NCBI GenBank assembly: GCA_030431375.1
Contig: JAUIIY010000002.1
Span: 143,910-207,909 of the forward strand
Length of the DNA: 64,000 nucleotides
Direction of reading: 5' to 3'
Origin: Alphaproteobacteria bacterium
Lineage (GTDB): Bacteria > Pseudomonadota > Alphaproteobacteria > Rickettsiales > JABSSG01
This document shows, one piece after another, positions 1 through 10,335 of this stretch; the first letter of the stretch is position 1, and every line of letters begins with the position of its first letter. Under the pieces are notes generated by a model. It was not told the origin of the DNA, made no database searches, and saw only the letters and a program-made list of their open reading frames with translations. A program made the translations under genes and the position numbers.

Positions 1-635
1 TGATTGATGAAAGGCCGGAAGAAGTGACAGATATGATGCGTTCTGTGAAGGGAGAGGTTGTTAGTTCTACGTTTGATGAACCGGCGACTCGTCACGTTCA
101 GCTTTCAGAGATTGTTATAGAAAAGGCAAAGAGGCTAGTTGAACAGGGCAAAGATGTGGTTATTTTGCTTGATAATATTACCAGATTGGCGCGAGCTTTT
201 AATAATGTAATTCCATCTTCGGGAAAGGTTCTATCTGGCGGTGTTGATTCAAATGCCTTACAAAGGCCTAAGAGATTCTTAGGAGCTGCACGAAACATCG
301 AAAATGGTGGATCTTTAACAATTATTGCTACTGCCTTGATTGAAACTGGATCTAGAATGGATGAGGTGATTTTTGAGGAGTTCAAAGGAACTGGTAATGC
401 TGAAATAGTATTAGATAGAAAGATTTCAGACAAAAGAGTTTTCCCAGCTATTGATGTTACAAAGTCTGGAACGAGAAAGGAAGATTTATTATATAATAAA
501 GCTGATCTTGCCAAGCTTTGGGTTTTAAGAAGAATTTTAATGCCAATGGGTGGAGTCGATGCAATGGATTTCTTGCTAGATAAATTAAAAAGCACTAAGA
601 ATAACGCAGAGTTTTTTGATTCAATGAACTCATAA
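1..635 (+). CDS. rho: Transcription termination factor Rho, C-terminal part (5' end outside window)
   Basis: Frame 3 is open from the window edge (..[11 protein letters not shown]..). Rho hallmarks are present: [13 protein letters not shown] and [30 protein letters not shown]. Confidence 0.95.
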   Translation, partial: IDERPEEVTDMMRSVKGEVVSSTFDEPATRHVQLSEIVIEKAKRLVEQGKDVVILLDNITRLARAFNNVIPSSGKVLSGGVDSNALQRPKRFLGAARNIENGGSLTIIATALIETGSRMDEVIFEEFKGTGNAEIVLDRKISDKRVFPAIDVTKSGTRKEDLLYNKADLAKLWVLRRILMPMGGVDAMDFLLDKLKSTKNNAEFFDSMNS

Positions 636-646
636 AATTTTATTAA

Positions 647-1597
<951 letters not shown>

Positions 1598-1604
1598 GAA
1601 GAAG

Positions 1605-2765
1605 ATGAATATTCATGAATATCAAGCGAAAGAAATTTTAAGAAAATACAATGTTCCGACATCGGTAGGTGTTGTTGCGCTAAAAAGAGAAGAGGTTAGA
1701 GAGGTCGTTAAAGATCTTGATTCCCCTCTATATGTGGTAAAAGCACAGATCCATGCTGGTGGCCGAGGAAAAGCAGGCGGAGTTAAGCTTGCGAAAACAA
1801 AAGAAGAGGCTATCAAGCTTGCTGAAGAAATGTTTGGCAAAACTTTGGTTACTCACCAAACAGGTCCTGATGGCCAAGTTGTAAGAAGGCTATATATTGA
1901 GGCTGGCTCTGATATTAAGAAAGAATATTATTTAAGTGTAATTTTGGACCGAGCTACAAGCAGACCCGTATTTATAGTTTCATCAGAAGGCGGCGTCGAT
2001 ATTGAAGAAGTAGCGGATAGCGCTCCAGAAAAAATTAAAAAATTACAAATTACCACGGATAGAATGTGGCCTTATCAAGCGCGTGAATTAGGTTTCTCTT
2101 TAGGTTTTAAAGGTGATTTGCTAAAGCAGTTTATAAAGGTTGCAATAGGAGTATATAACGCCTTTATGAATGAAGATGCTAGTCAGATTGAGATTAATCC
2201 TTTGATCGTGACTACAGAAGATCAAATTAAGGCGTTAGACGCTAAGGTAAATTTTGATGAAAACGCGCTTTACAGGCACAAAGACACCCAAAATATGCGC
2301 GATCTTGATGAGGAAAACCCTCTTGAGTTAAAAGCGAAAGAAAACGACTTAAGTTATGTGAAAATGGATGGTGAAATTGGCTGTATGGTTAATGGAGCTG
2401 GTCTTGCAATGGCTACAATGGATATCATAAAATATTATGGCGCTGAGCCTGCTAACTTTTTAGATGTTGGTGGCGGGGCAACGAAAGAGAGGGTAACGGA
2501 AGCGTTTAAAATTATTCTTTCCGATCCAAATGTAAAAGCTATTTTAGTAAATATTTTTGGTGGAATAATGCGTTGTGATATAATCGCGGAAGGCGTTGTT
2601 GCTGCTGCTAAAGATGTGGGAATAAAAGTTCCTTTAGTTGTTAGGTTGGCTGGAACAAACTTTGAGCTAGGTAAAGAGATTCTTAGCAATTCAGGTTTGA
2701 ATATAATTTCAGCAGATGATCTTGCTGATGCAGCAAAAAAAGTTGTGAATACAATCAAGGGTTAG
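1605..2765 (+). CDS. sucC: Succinyl-CoA synthetase beta subunit
   Basis: 386 aa. N-terminus [10 protein letters not shown], plus [10 protein letters not shown] and [10 protein letters not shown]. Confidence 0.97.
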   Translation: MNIHEYQAKEILRKYNVPTSVGVVALKREEVREVVKDLDSPLYVVKAQIHAGGRGKAGGVKLAKTKEEAIKLAEEMFGKTLVTHQTGPDGQVVRRLYIEAGSDIKKEYYLSVILDRATSRPVFIVSSEGGVDIEEVADSAPEKIKKLQITTDRMWPYQARELGFSLGFKGDLLKQFIKVAIGVYNAFMNEDASQIEINPLIVTTEDQIKALDAKVNFDENALYRHKDTQNMRDLDEENPLELKAKENDLSYVKMDGEIGCMVNGAGLAMATMDIIKYYGAEPANFLDVGGGATKERVTEAFKIILSDPNVKAILVNIFGGIMRCDIIAEGVVAAAKDVGIKVPLVVRLAGTNFELGKEILSNSGLNIISADDLADAAKKVVNTIKG

Positions 2766-2772
2766 AAGAAAA

Positions 2773-3645
2773 ATGGCAGTTTTAATAAATAAAGATACTA
2801 AAGTAATATGCCAAGGCTTCACAGGATCTCAAGGCACATTTCACTCTCAACAAGCAATAGAATATGGTACAAAAATGGTCGGGGGAGTTACCCCGGGTAA
2901 GGGTGGAATGGTTCATCTTGATTTGCCGGTTTTTGATACTGTAATGGAAGCAAAAGAAAAAACAGATGCTGATGCTTCAGTAATATATGTTCCCCCTCCG
3001 TTTGCGGCGGATTCGATTTTAGAAGCTATTCAGGCAGAGATTGAGTTGGTGATATGCATTACTGAGGGAATTCCTGTTTTGGATATGGTTAAAGTAAAAG
3101 AGGCACTTAAAGGCTCAAAAACTCGCCTAGTCGGTCCAAATTGCCCAGGAGTAATTACTCCGGGTGAGTGTAAAATTGGTATCATGCCGGGCCACATACA
3201 TGTTCCAGGTAAAGTTGGTATTGTTTCTAGGTCAGGAACTTTGACATATGAAGCTGTAGCTCAGACTTCAGCTGTAGGTCTTGGGCAGTCCACTTGTATA
3301 GGGATAGGTGGTGATCCTGTCAATGGAACAAATTTTATAGATTGTCTAGAAATGTTCCTAGCTGATGATCAAACAGAAGCGATTGTAATGATTGGTGAGA
3401 TAGGTGGTTCGGCTGAAGAAGAAGCTGCTGAATTTGTTAAATCATCTAAAATCAAAAAACCAATTGCTGGTTTTATAGCAGGTGTAACAGCTCCTCCAGG
3501 AAAAAGAATGGGGCATGCTGGAGCTATCATTGCCGGGGGTAAAGGTGGTGCAGAGGATAAGCTTGAGGCGATGAGATCGGCTGGCTTTGCAATCTCTAAT
3601 ACACCAGCAGAAATTGGAAAAACCATTTTTGAGGCTATGAAGTAA
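2773..3645 (+). CDS. sucD: Succinyl-CoA synthetase alpha subunit
   Basis: 290 aa. Motifs [21 protein letters not shown], and the phospho-His loop MGHAGAII. Confidence 0.97.
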   Translation: MAVLINKDTKVICQGFTGSQGTFHSQQAIEYGTKMVGGVTPGKGGMVHLDLPVFDTVMEAKEKTDADASVIYVPPPFAADSILEAIQAEIELVICITEGIPVLDMVKVKEALKGSKTRLVGPNCPGVITPGECKIGIMPGHIHVPGKVGIVSRSGTLTYEAVAQTSAVGLGQSTCIGIGGDPVNGTNFIDCLEMFLADDQTEAIVMIGEIGGSAEEEAAEFVKSSKIKKPIAGFIAGVTAPPGKRMGHAGAIIAGGKGGAEDKLEAMRSAGFAISNTPAEIGKTIFEAMK

Positions 3646-6444
3646 ATGTCAAACGCAGAACTTTTCAAAAATTCTTTTTTATATGGTTCTAACTCAAGCT
3701 ATGTTTTGAGTTTATATAAAAAATATGCGAAAGGTTTTGATGTTGGTTCTGAATGGAAGAGTTTTTTTGACAATCTCAAAGAGAATGAAATTGAGGTGTT
3801 GAAGTCTTTGAGCTCGCCTTCGTGGGTTAGAGAGGAGGTTGCTTCTCAACCAAAAGAAGAAAGAGTATGTGATTTATCTGTTAACGCACAGATGTTGATC
3901 GATGCGTTCCGTAATAAAGGACATTTTTTGGCAAATATTGACCCTTTGGGTTTAGAAAAATTGCCGTCGGCCGATGAGCTAGGGATTTCTCCAAGTGGTT
4001 TTGGTTTGTCTGATGATGATCTAAGAAAGCCGGCTCATTTAAACAAGCCTTTCAAGGAAAAAGCAGATTGGATTCTTGAAGATTTATATGCGGAGCTAAA
4101 AAAAACTTACTGTAACAAAATCGCCTATGAATTTGAGCAAATAGATGACTTAGAGCAGCGTGAGTGGCTTGCATCAAGAGTTGAAAATTTTGATTTATCA
4201 AAAGAGTTTGATGATAAAGAAAGGTTGGAAGCTTTCCAGGTTCTGAATAAAGTTGATATGTTTGAAAAATTTCTACATTCACGTTTTCCGGGAGCAAAGA
4301 GATTCTCTGTGGAAGGTGGCGATGCGTCAATTGTATCTGCTAGAAATATTATAAAATTAGCGGCTTTATCAGGAATAAAAGAAGTAGTATTTGGCATGCC
4401 TCACAGAGGTAGATTAAACATGCTAGCCAAAGTATTTAATAAAAGCTATCAGGCAATATTTGCAGAATTCCAAGGAGTGTTTGCTCATCCAGAAGAGTTA
4501 GATGTTTCTGGTGATGTGAAATATCATTTGGGGCAATCAACGGATTTAGAGTTTGATGGTAATGAAATACATGTATCGCTTACACCAAACCCTTCTCATC
4601 TGGAAGCAGTAAACCCAGTGGTTGCTGGAAAGGTGAGAGCAAGACAAGATATGATGGGCGATGCTGAGAGAAAACAAGCTATGGGAGTTTTGTTCCATGG
4701 CGATGCTGCTTTTTCTGGGCAGGGAGTTGTCTTTGAATCTTTAATGCTAGATGATTTAGATGCATATAAAACTGGTGGTGTTGTACATGTTGTGGTGAAT
4801 AACCAAGTTGGTTTTACAGCGACCCGAGAAAATGGTTGCAAGACAAGATATTGTACAGAAGTTGCAAAAGTAATAAAGGCGCCAATTTTTCACGTTAATG
4901 GAAATTCCATCGAGGATGTTCTCGCAGCTACAAAAATAGCAAGCGAATTTAGGCATAGATTTGGCAAAGATGTGATTATAGATATTGTTTGTTATAGGCT
5001 TCATGGGCACAATGAAATGGATGAGCCACGCTTTACTCAGCCAGAAATGTATAAAAAAGTGGATCAAGAAATGGCTCCATGCAAGATTTATGCAGAAGAG
5101 TTGATTAAAAAGAATATTGTTTCACATGAAACAGTTGAGCGAGAGGGGGTAGAGTTTAAAAAGGCGTTGGAAGATGCTTTGGAAAAAGCAAAAGCTCACA
5201 AAAATCTCGAAGCTGATTGGTTCAAGAATAAATGGAGTGATTTCAATTCTGATACAAAGCTTCATGATGCAAATAACACGGGTGTTGCTAAAGCTTCTTT
5301 AACAAAGTTAGGCATACAGCTCGCTACTATCCCTGATTCAGTAAATATACATAAAACTGTTGGAAGAGGATATAAAGCAAGGCTTGAAGCAATAAATAGC
5401 GGCCAAGGAATAGATTGGGGAAACGCAGAGATGTTGGCTTTTGGTAGTGTGCTACAAGAAGGTTTTAGGGTTAGGCTAACAGGTCAAGATAGTTGCAGAG
5501 GGACTTTCTCTCATCGACAAAGTGTAATTATTGATCAGCAAACATATGAAAAATATGTTCCTTTGAATAATATATCTGAAAACCAAGGTTTTTACGAAGT
5601 TGAGAATAGTTCATTATCTGAATATGCCGTATTAGGTTTTGAGTATGGATATAGTATTGCAGGGCCGAATAACCTAGTAATTTGGGAAGCACAATTTGGT
5701 GATTTTGCCAATGGAGCTCAAATAATTATTGATCAATTTATTGCATCTGCCGAAACTAAATGGCTTAGGATGAGTGGATTGGTTATGTTGTTGCCGCATG
5801 GTTATGAGGGGCAAGGTCCAGAACATAGTTCAGCAAGGCTTGAGAGGTTTTTGGATTTATGCGCCGAGGATAATATGCGTGTTATGAATCTAACAACACC
5901 AGCAAATTACTTTCATGCACTTAGAGGGCAAATACATAGTAAATGCAGGAAGCCTTTAGTGATTATGTCGCCAAAGTCTCTGTTACGTCACAAAGAGGCG
6001 GTTTCGAAAATTGAAGATTTTGCTGAAAATACAAAATTATTGAAGGTTATAGATGACCATAAAGCTGGTAAATCTGTAGACAGATTGGTTTTATGTTCTG
6101 GTAAGATTTTTTATGATCTTGATGAGAGAAGAGATCAAGAAAAAATTTCTAATATAGCAATTGTTAGGGTTGAACAACTATACCCATTCCCTTCTAAAGA
6201 GATCGCATCAAAATTGTCTAAATATAAGAATGTAAAAGAAGTTATTTGGTGCCAGGAAGAGCCAAAAAATAATGGGGCTTGGTCTTTTGTGCGTGATTAT
6301 ATTGAAGAGTTGCTAGACCAAGAAAAATTAAAAAATTGTAGATTACAATATGTTGGTAGGAAAGCTTCTGCTTCTCCTGCAGCTGGTTATGCTAAAATGC
6401 ATAAGCAGCAACAAGAAGAGATTATAAAGAAAGTTTTATATTGA
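3646..6444 (+). CDS. sucA: 2-oxoglutarate dehydrogenase E1 component
   Basis: 932 aa. Motifs [17 protein letters not shown], and [10 protein letters not shown] near the C-terminal part. The start codon abuts the sucD stop (TAAATG). Confidence 0.97.
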   Translation: MSNAELFKNSFLYGSNSSYVLSLYKKYAKGFDVGSEWKSFFDNLKENEIEVLKSLSSPSWVREEVASQPKEERVCDLSVNAQMLIDAFRNKGHFLANIDPLGLEKLPSADELGISPSGFGLSDDDLRKPAHLNKPFKEKADWILEDLYAELKKTYCNKIAYEFEQIDDLEQREWLASRVENFDLSKEFDDKERLEAFQVLNKVDMFEKFLHSRFPGAKRFSVEGGDASIVSARNIIKLAALSGIKEVVFGMPHRGRLNMLAKVFNKSYQAIFAEFQGVFAHPEELDVSGDVKYHLGQSTDLEFDGNEIHVSLTPNPSHLEAVNPVVAGKVRARQDMMGDAERKQAMGVLFHGDAAFSGQGVVFESLMLDDLDAYKTGGVVHVVVNNQVGFTATRENGCKTRYCTEVAKVIKAPIFHVNGNSIEDVLAATKIASEFRHRFGKDVIIDIVCYRLHGHNEMDEPRFTQPEMYKKVDQEMAPCKIYAEELIKKNIVSHETVEREGVEFKKALEDALEKAKAHKNLEADWFKNKWSDFNSDTKLHDANNTGVAKASLTKLGIQLATIPDSVNIHKTVGRGYKARLEAINSGQGIDWGNAEMLAFGSVLQEGFRVRLTGQDSCRGTFSHRQSVIIDQQTYEKYVPLNNISENQGFYEVENSSLSEYAVLGFEYGYSIAGPNNLVIWEAQFGDFANGAQIIIDQFIASAETKWLRMSGLVMLLPHGYEGQGPEHSSARLERFLDLCAEDNMRVMNLTTPANYFHALRGQIHSKCRKPLVIMSPKSLLRHKEAVSKIEDFAENTKLLKVIDDHKAGKSVDRLVLCSGKIFYDLDERRDQEKISNIAIVRVEQLYPFPSKEIASKLSKYKNVKEVIWCQEEPKNNGAWSFVRDYIEELLDQEKLKNCRLQYVGRKASASPAAGYAKMHKQQQEEIIKKVLY

Positions 6445-6451
6445 GGTTCCA

Positions 6452-7615
6452 ATGAGTGAAATAAAAGTTCCAGCTTTAGGTGAATCAGTTACTGAAGCGT
6501 CAGTCGGAGAGTGGCATAAAAAAGTCGGTGATCCGGTAAAAGCAGATGATCTGTTAGTAGAATTAGAAACTGATAAAATTACGGTTGAGGTGAATGCTGA
6601 CTCTGATGGGGTTTTGGAAAAGATTGTTGCTGATACAGGTGCAACGGTTGCCGTTGGTGATTTGCTTGGTCTTTTTAAAGCCGGTGCAGTTGCTTCCCCT
6701 GCCAAAGCTGATGTAAAGCAAACAGAAGAAAAAACTAGTGCGAAAAACGAACCACAACAAATTATTGCAAAATCTACAAACATGCCTTCTCCTGCAGCAA
6801 ATAAAATTGCAAAAGAAAATAATATCGATTTAGGGAAGATTTCCGGATCAGGTAAAGATGGCAGAATTACTAAAGGTGATGTTTTATCTGCAGGTAATGC
6901 GTCAGTTAGCAATAACAGAGAAGTAGAAGTTGTAAAAATGACAAAGCTTCGCCAACGTATTGCTGAAAGGCTTAAAGAATCACAAAATACAGCGGCTATT
7001 TTGTCAACTTTCAATGAAGTTGATATGTCCAACATCATGGCTCTTAGGAACAAATATAAAGATAAATTCTTTGAAAAGCATGATGTTAAGCTTGGCTTCA
7101 TGTCGTTCTTTGTAAAAGCTGCGGCTGTTGCGTTAGAAGAAATTCCAGGTGTTAATGCTCAGATAAATGGAGACCAAATAGAATATCACAAATATTGTGA
7201 TATCAGTATAGCGGTAGGTACAGATAAAGGCCTTGTGGTTCCAGTTTTAAGAAATGCTGAAAAACTCTCATTTGCTGGCGTTGAAACAGGAATTCTTGAC
7301 TTGGCTAAGAAAGCTAGGGCAGGAAAATTAACTATGGAAGATCTGACTGGTGGAACATTCTCTATCACAAATGGTGGTATTTACGGCTCACTGCTATCGA
7401 CTCCTATCATTAATCCTCCTCAGTCTGCTATTCTAGGAATGCACTCGATAAATGAGCGTCCTGTTGTGGTAAAGGGTGAGATCAAAATTAGACCTATGAT
7501 GTATCTTGCACTTTCTTATGATCATAGAATCGTAGACGGAAAAGAAGCTGTTACTTTCCTAGTTAGGATTAAAGAATTGCTGGAAAATCCAGAAAGATTG
7601 CTTTTTGAAATTTAA
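6452..7615 (+). CDS. sucB: Dihydrolipoamide succinyltransferase (E2 of the 2-oxoglutarate dehydrogenase complex)
   Basis: 387 aa. N-terminal lipoyl domain ([10 protein letters not shown]), an E3-binding segment ([15 protein letters not shown]), and catalytic SYDHRIVDG. Confidence 0.96.
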   Translation: MSEIKVPALGESVTEASVGEWHKKVGDPVKADDLLVELETDKITVEVNADSDGVLEKIVADTGATVAVGDLLGLFKAGAVASPAKADVKQTEEKTSAKNEPQQIIAKSTNMPSPAANKIAKENNIDLGKISGSGKDGRITKGDVLSAGNASVSNNREVEVVKMTKLRQRIAERLKESQNTAAILSTFNEVDMSNIMALRNKYKDKFFEKHDVKLGFMSFFVKAAAVALEEIPGVNAQINGDQIEYHKYCDISIAVGTDKGLVVPVLRNAEKLSFAGVETGILDLAKKARAGKLTMEDLTGGTFSITNGGIYGSLLSTPIINPPQSAILGMHSINERPVVVKGEIKIRPMMYLALSYDHRIVDGKEAVTFLVRIKELLENPERLLFEI

Positions 7616-7626
7616 CAGAGGTAAAT

Positions 7627-9024
7627 ATGCAGGAATATGACGTTGTAGTGATTGGTGGAGGACCAGGAGGTTATGTTGCAGCAATTAGAGCAGCACAACT
7701 TGGAATGAAAGTAGCTTGCGTAGAAAAAAGGGCTACTCTTGGCGGCACATGCTTAAATGTTGGTTGTATTCCATCAAAAGCGCTTTTAGATTCTTCGGAA
7801 AAATTTGCTGAAGCAAAACATAAGTTCGATTCAATTGGCATTGAATGCGGTTCTATTAAATTGAATTTAGCAAAAATGCTAAAAAATAAAGACGATATTG
7901 TTGCTGGTTTATGTCAGGGCATAGAAGGTCTATTCAAAAAAAACAAAATTAGCCATTTTATTGGCGCTGGTAGTTTATTAGATAAAAATATAGTTGAGAT
8001 ATCAGGTAAAAAGCCTGAGAAAATCAAAGCAAAAAATATTTTAATTGCTACTGGTTCTGAGGTTGTATCTCTGCCTAATATTAAAATAGACGAAGAAGTA
8101 ATCTTATCATCAACCGGGGCATTATCTATACCTAATGTTCCAAAAAAAATGGTGGTTATTGGTGGAGGAGTTATAGGTTTAGAGTTAGGTTCTGTGTGGA
8201 GCAGGCTTGGAGCAGAAGTAGAGGTTGTTGAGTATTTAGATCATATTGCTACAGGTATGGATTCAGACATCTGCAAAAATCTACAAAAATCTTTGCAAAA
8301 ACAAGGAATGAAATTTTCCTTATCCAGCAAAGTTTTATCAGTAGAGAAAAAAGGCAAAGGTGCGGTTGTAACAATGGAGTCTAATGTTGACGGTAAGAAA
8401 TCAGAGATAGACTGTGATGTTGTGTTGGTTTCTGTGGGCAGAAAGCCATATACCGAAGGGTTGGGTCTAGAAAAACTAGGTGTTAAAACATCCGATAGAG
8501 GGCAGATCGAAATAAATCACCATTTCCAGACAAATATACCAAATATTTATGCGATTGGTGATGTTGTTAAGGGCCCGATGCTTGCTCATAAAGCAGAAGA
8601 AGAGGGTGTTGCTGCAGTAGAGATTATGGCTGGTAAAGCTGGGCATGTGAATTACAACGCAATACCGGGTGTAATATATACTTGGCCGGAGGCCGCTTCA
8701 GTTGGTAAGACAGAGGATTTGTTGAAGAAAGAAGGAGTTGCCTATAATATAGGTAAGTTCCCGTTCCTTGCTAACTCAAGAGCACGTGCGATTTCAGATA
8801 CAGAAGGTTTTGTGAAAATTCTTTCTTGTAAAGAAACTGACCAAGTTTTAGGTGTACATATTTTAGGGCCCGATGCGGGCACGATGATAGCTGAGGCTGT
8901 TCTTGCGATAGAATATTATGCTTCATCTGAGGATATTGCGATGACATGTCATGCTCATCCAACCCTAAATGAAGCTGTCAAAGAAGCAGCTTTAAGTGTC
9001 CTAAAAAGACCAATACATATATAA
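7627..9024 (+). CDS. lpdA: Dihydrolipoyl dehydrogenase (E3)
   Basis: 465 aa. FAD motif GGGPGGYVAAIRAAQLG, redox disulfide GGTCLNVGCIPSK, and C-terminal HAHPTLNEA. Confidence 0.96.
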   Translation: MQEYDVVVIGGGPGGYVAAIRAAQLGMKVACVEKRATLGGTCLNVGCIPSKALLDSSEKFAEAKHKFDSIGIECGSIKLNLAKMLKNKDDIVAGLCQGIEGLFKKNKISHFIGAGSLLDKNIVEISGKKPEKIKAKNILIATGSEVVSLPNIKIDEEVILSSTGALSIPNVPKKMVVIGGGVIGLELGSVWSRLGAEVEVVEYLDHIATGMDSDICKNLQKSLQKQGMKFSLSSKVLSVEKKGKGAVVTMESNVDGKKSEIDCDVVLVSVGRKPYTEGLGLEKLGVKTSDRGQIEINHHFQTNIPNIYAIGDVVKGPMLAHKAEEEGVAAVEIMAGKAGHVNYNAIPGVIYTWPEAASVGKTEDLLKKEGVAYNIGKFPFLANSRARAISDTEGFVKILSCKETDQVLGVHILGPDAGTMIAEAVLAIEYYASSEDIAMTCHAHPTLNEAVKEAALSVLKRPIHI

Positions 9025-9057
9025 AGAATTTGTTTATTTAAGCAAGGGGATGTGTCT

Positions 9058-10335
9058 ATGCGTTTTTATTTTTTTGTTCTGTCTACTCTGTTGTTGTTTG
9101 GTTGTGGAAAATCGACAGAAGACGTTGTATTCATAAATTATGAATCTGGTCCAGTTAGCTCAATCAGTAAGTATGAAATTACGGGAAATAAAGACCTTAT
9201 AGATCATTCAGGGGGATATAGCCCAGCGATAGGATCTAGTTTGTTTTTTATAGAAAAAAAGAAAGATGATTTGTTTTTCTATGGCCTAACGGACAGGGGG
9301 CCTAATGCACCCATACAGCAAAATAACCTAACCAAAGTGATTTTTTTCCATCCACAGTTTGAGCCTGTAGTAGTAAAAATTAAAGTTAACAAACAGAAAG
9401 CTGAAATAGTGGATTTTTTTAAAGTTATTAAAAATAACGATATCCATATGACTGGAATGCCAACTAAAGGCATTGAAGGCCCCTCTTTTTATGAGGTGCC
9501 TGTAAACCACAATATAGATGATATACATATTTATGAAGGGGGAATGGATTCAGAAAGCTTAACGATGGATAAGGAAGGGCATTTCTGGATTGGTGAGGAA
9601 TATGATCCTGCGATAATTAAAGTTAATGGCAAAACGCGAGAGATCGAGAAAATTCTTAGACCCGGACAAGGTCTGCCAGAATTTGTTACGCATAGGCAGA
9701 TTAACAGAGGGTTTGAGGCTATGGCAGTTGCCCCTAATGGAAAAGTTTATGCTTTCTTAGAGGGGGTTCTAAAATTCGATCAGGACGATAGTAAAATTAA
9801 TAATAAAATAATACGGTTATTGGAAATAGATCCGAATACAAATAATACAAGAACTTTTGCTTATAAATTTGATGAAGAGGCTTACCAACATTTTCGTAAG
9901 GTTAAGATAGGTGATTTAACTGCTATTAATGACAATGAGTTTTTACTAGTTGAGCAAGGTAAAGCAAAAAATGGCAATATGACTAATATTATTTATAAGA
10001 TAGATATTAGCAACGCTACCGACATACAACATTTTGAGAACGGAATATTTATTGAGCATATGTTGCCAGAAGATCTTTCGAAAGTGTCTGTTATAACCAA
10101 AAAAGAAGTTCTTAATACTAATAACTATGGTTGGGACGAGGAGAAACTAGAAGGGCTCACTATAGTGGATTCCAAGACTATTGCACTATCTAATGATAAT
10201 GATTTTGGAATTGATGGTATAAATTCAAAAGAAAATCATGCTGAATTGAGTGCAAATAGCTATGATATTAGGAAACCACACTCAAAACAGCATACCAAAT
10301 TATGGCTTGTAAATTTCAGAGAGCCTATCTTTTAA
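9058..10335 (+). CDS. Lipoprotein of the 'esterase-like activity of phytase' (phytase-like beta-propeller) family
   Basis: Signal peptide with lipobox LLLFGC. Motifs LTDRGPNAP, DSESLTMDKEGHFWIGEEYDP and NRGFEAMAVAPNGKVYAF are typical of the family. I prefer the ATG at 9058 (8 nt after AAGGGG) to the track's GTG at 9052. Confidence 0.7.
   Translation: MRFYFFVLSTLLLFGCGKSTEDVVFINYESGPVSSISKYEITGNKDLIDHSGGYSPAIGSSLFFIEKKKDDLFFYGLTDRGPNAPIQQNNLTKVIFFHPQFEPVVVKIKVNKQKAEIVDFFKVIKNNDIHMTGMPTKGIEGPSFYEVPVNHNIDDIHIYEGGMDSESLTMDKEGHFWIGEEYDPAIIKVNGKTREIEKILRPGQGLPEFVTHRQINRGFEAMAVAPNGKVYAFLEGVLKFDQDDSKINNKIIRLLEIDPNTNNTRTFAYKFDEEAYQHFRKVKIGDLTAINDNEFLLVEQGKAKNGNMTNIIYKIDISNATDIQHFENGIFIEHMLPEDLSKVSVITKKEVLNTNNYGWDEEKLEGLTIVDSKTIALSNDNDFGIDGINSKENHAELSANSYDIRKPHSKQHTKLWLVNFREPIF

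Noticed and set aside
6436-7101. A 221-aa ORF antisense to sucB. Many similar antisense ORFs appear in the track, for example 98..595, 2435..2758, 3369..3668, 12022..12336, 15087..15554, 34402..34893, 37196..37660, 40867..41367, 61601..61942, 62084..62437 and 63051..63431.
   Set aside because: Each lies entirely inside a gene whose product carries unmistakable family motifs on the other strand. Their translations are low-complexity (Ser/Phe/Ile/Leu-rich), as expected for the reverse frames of AT-rich, Lys/Glu-rich genes. None has recognisable motifs.
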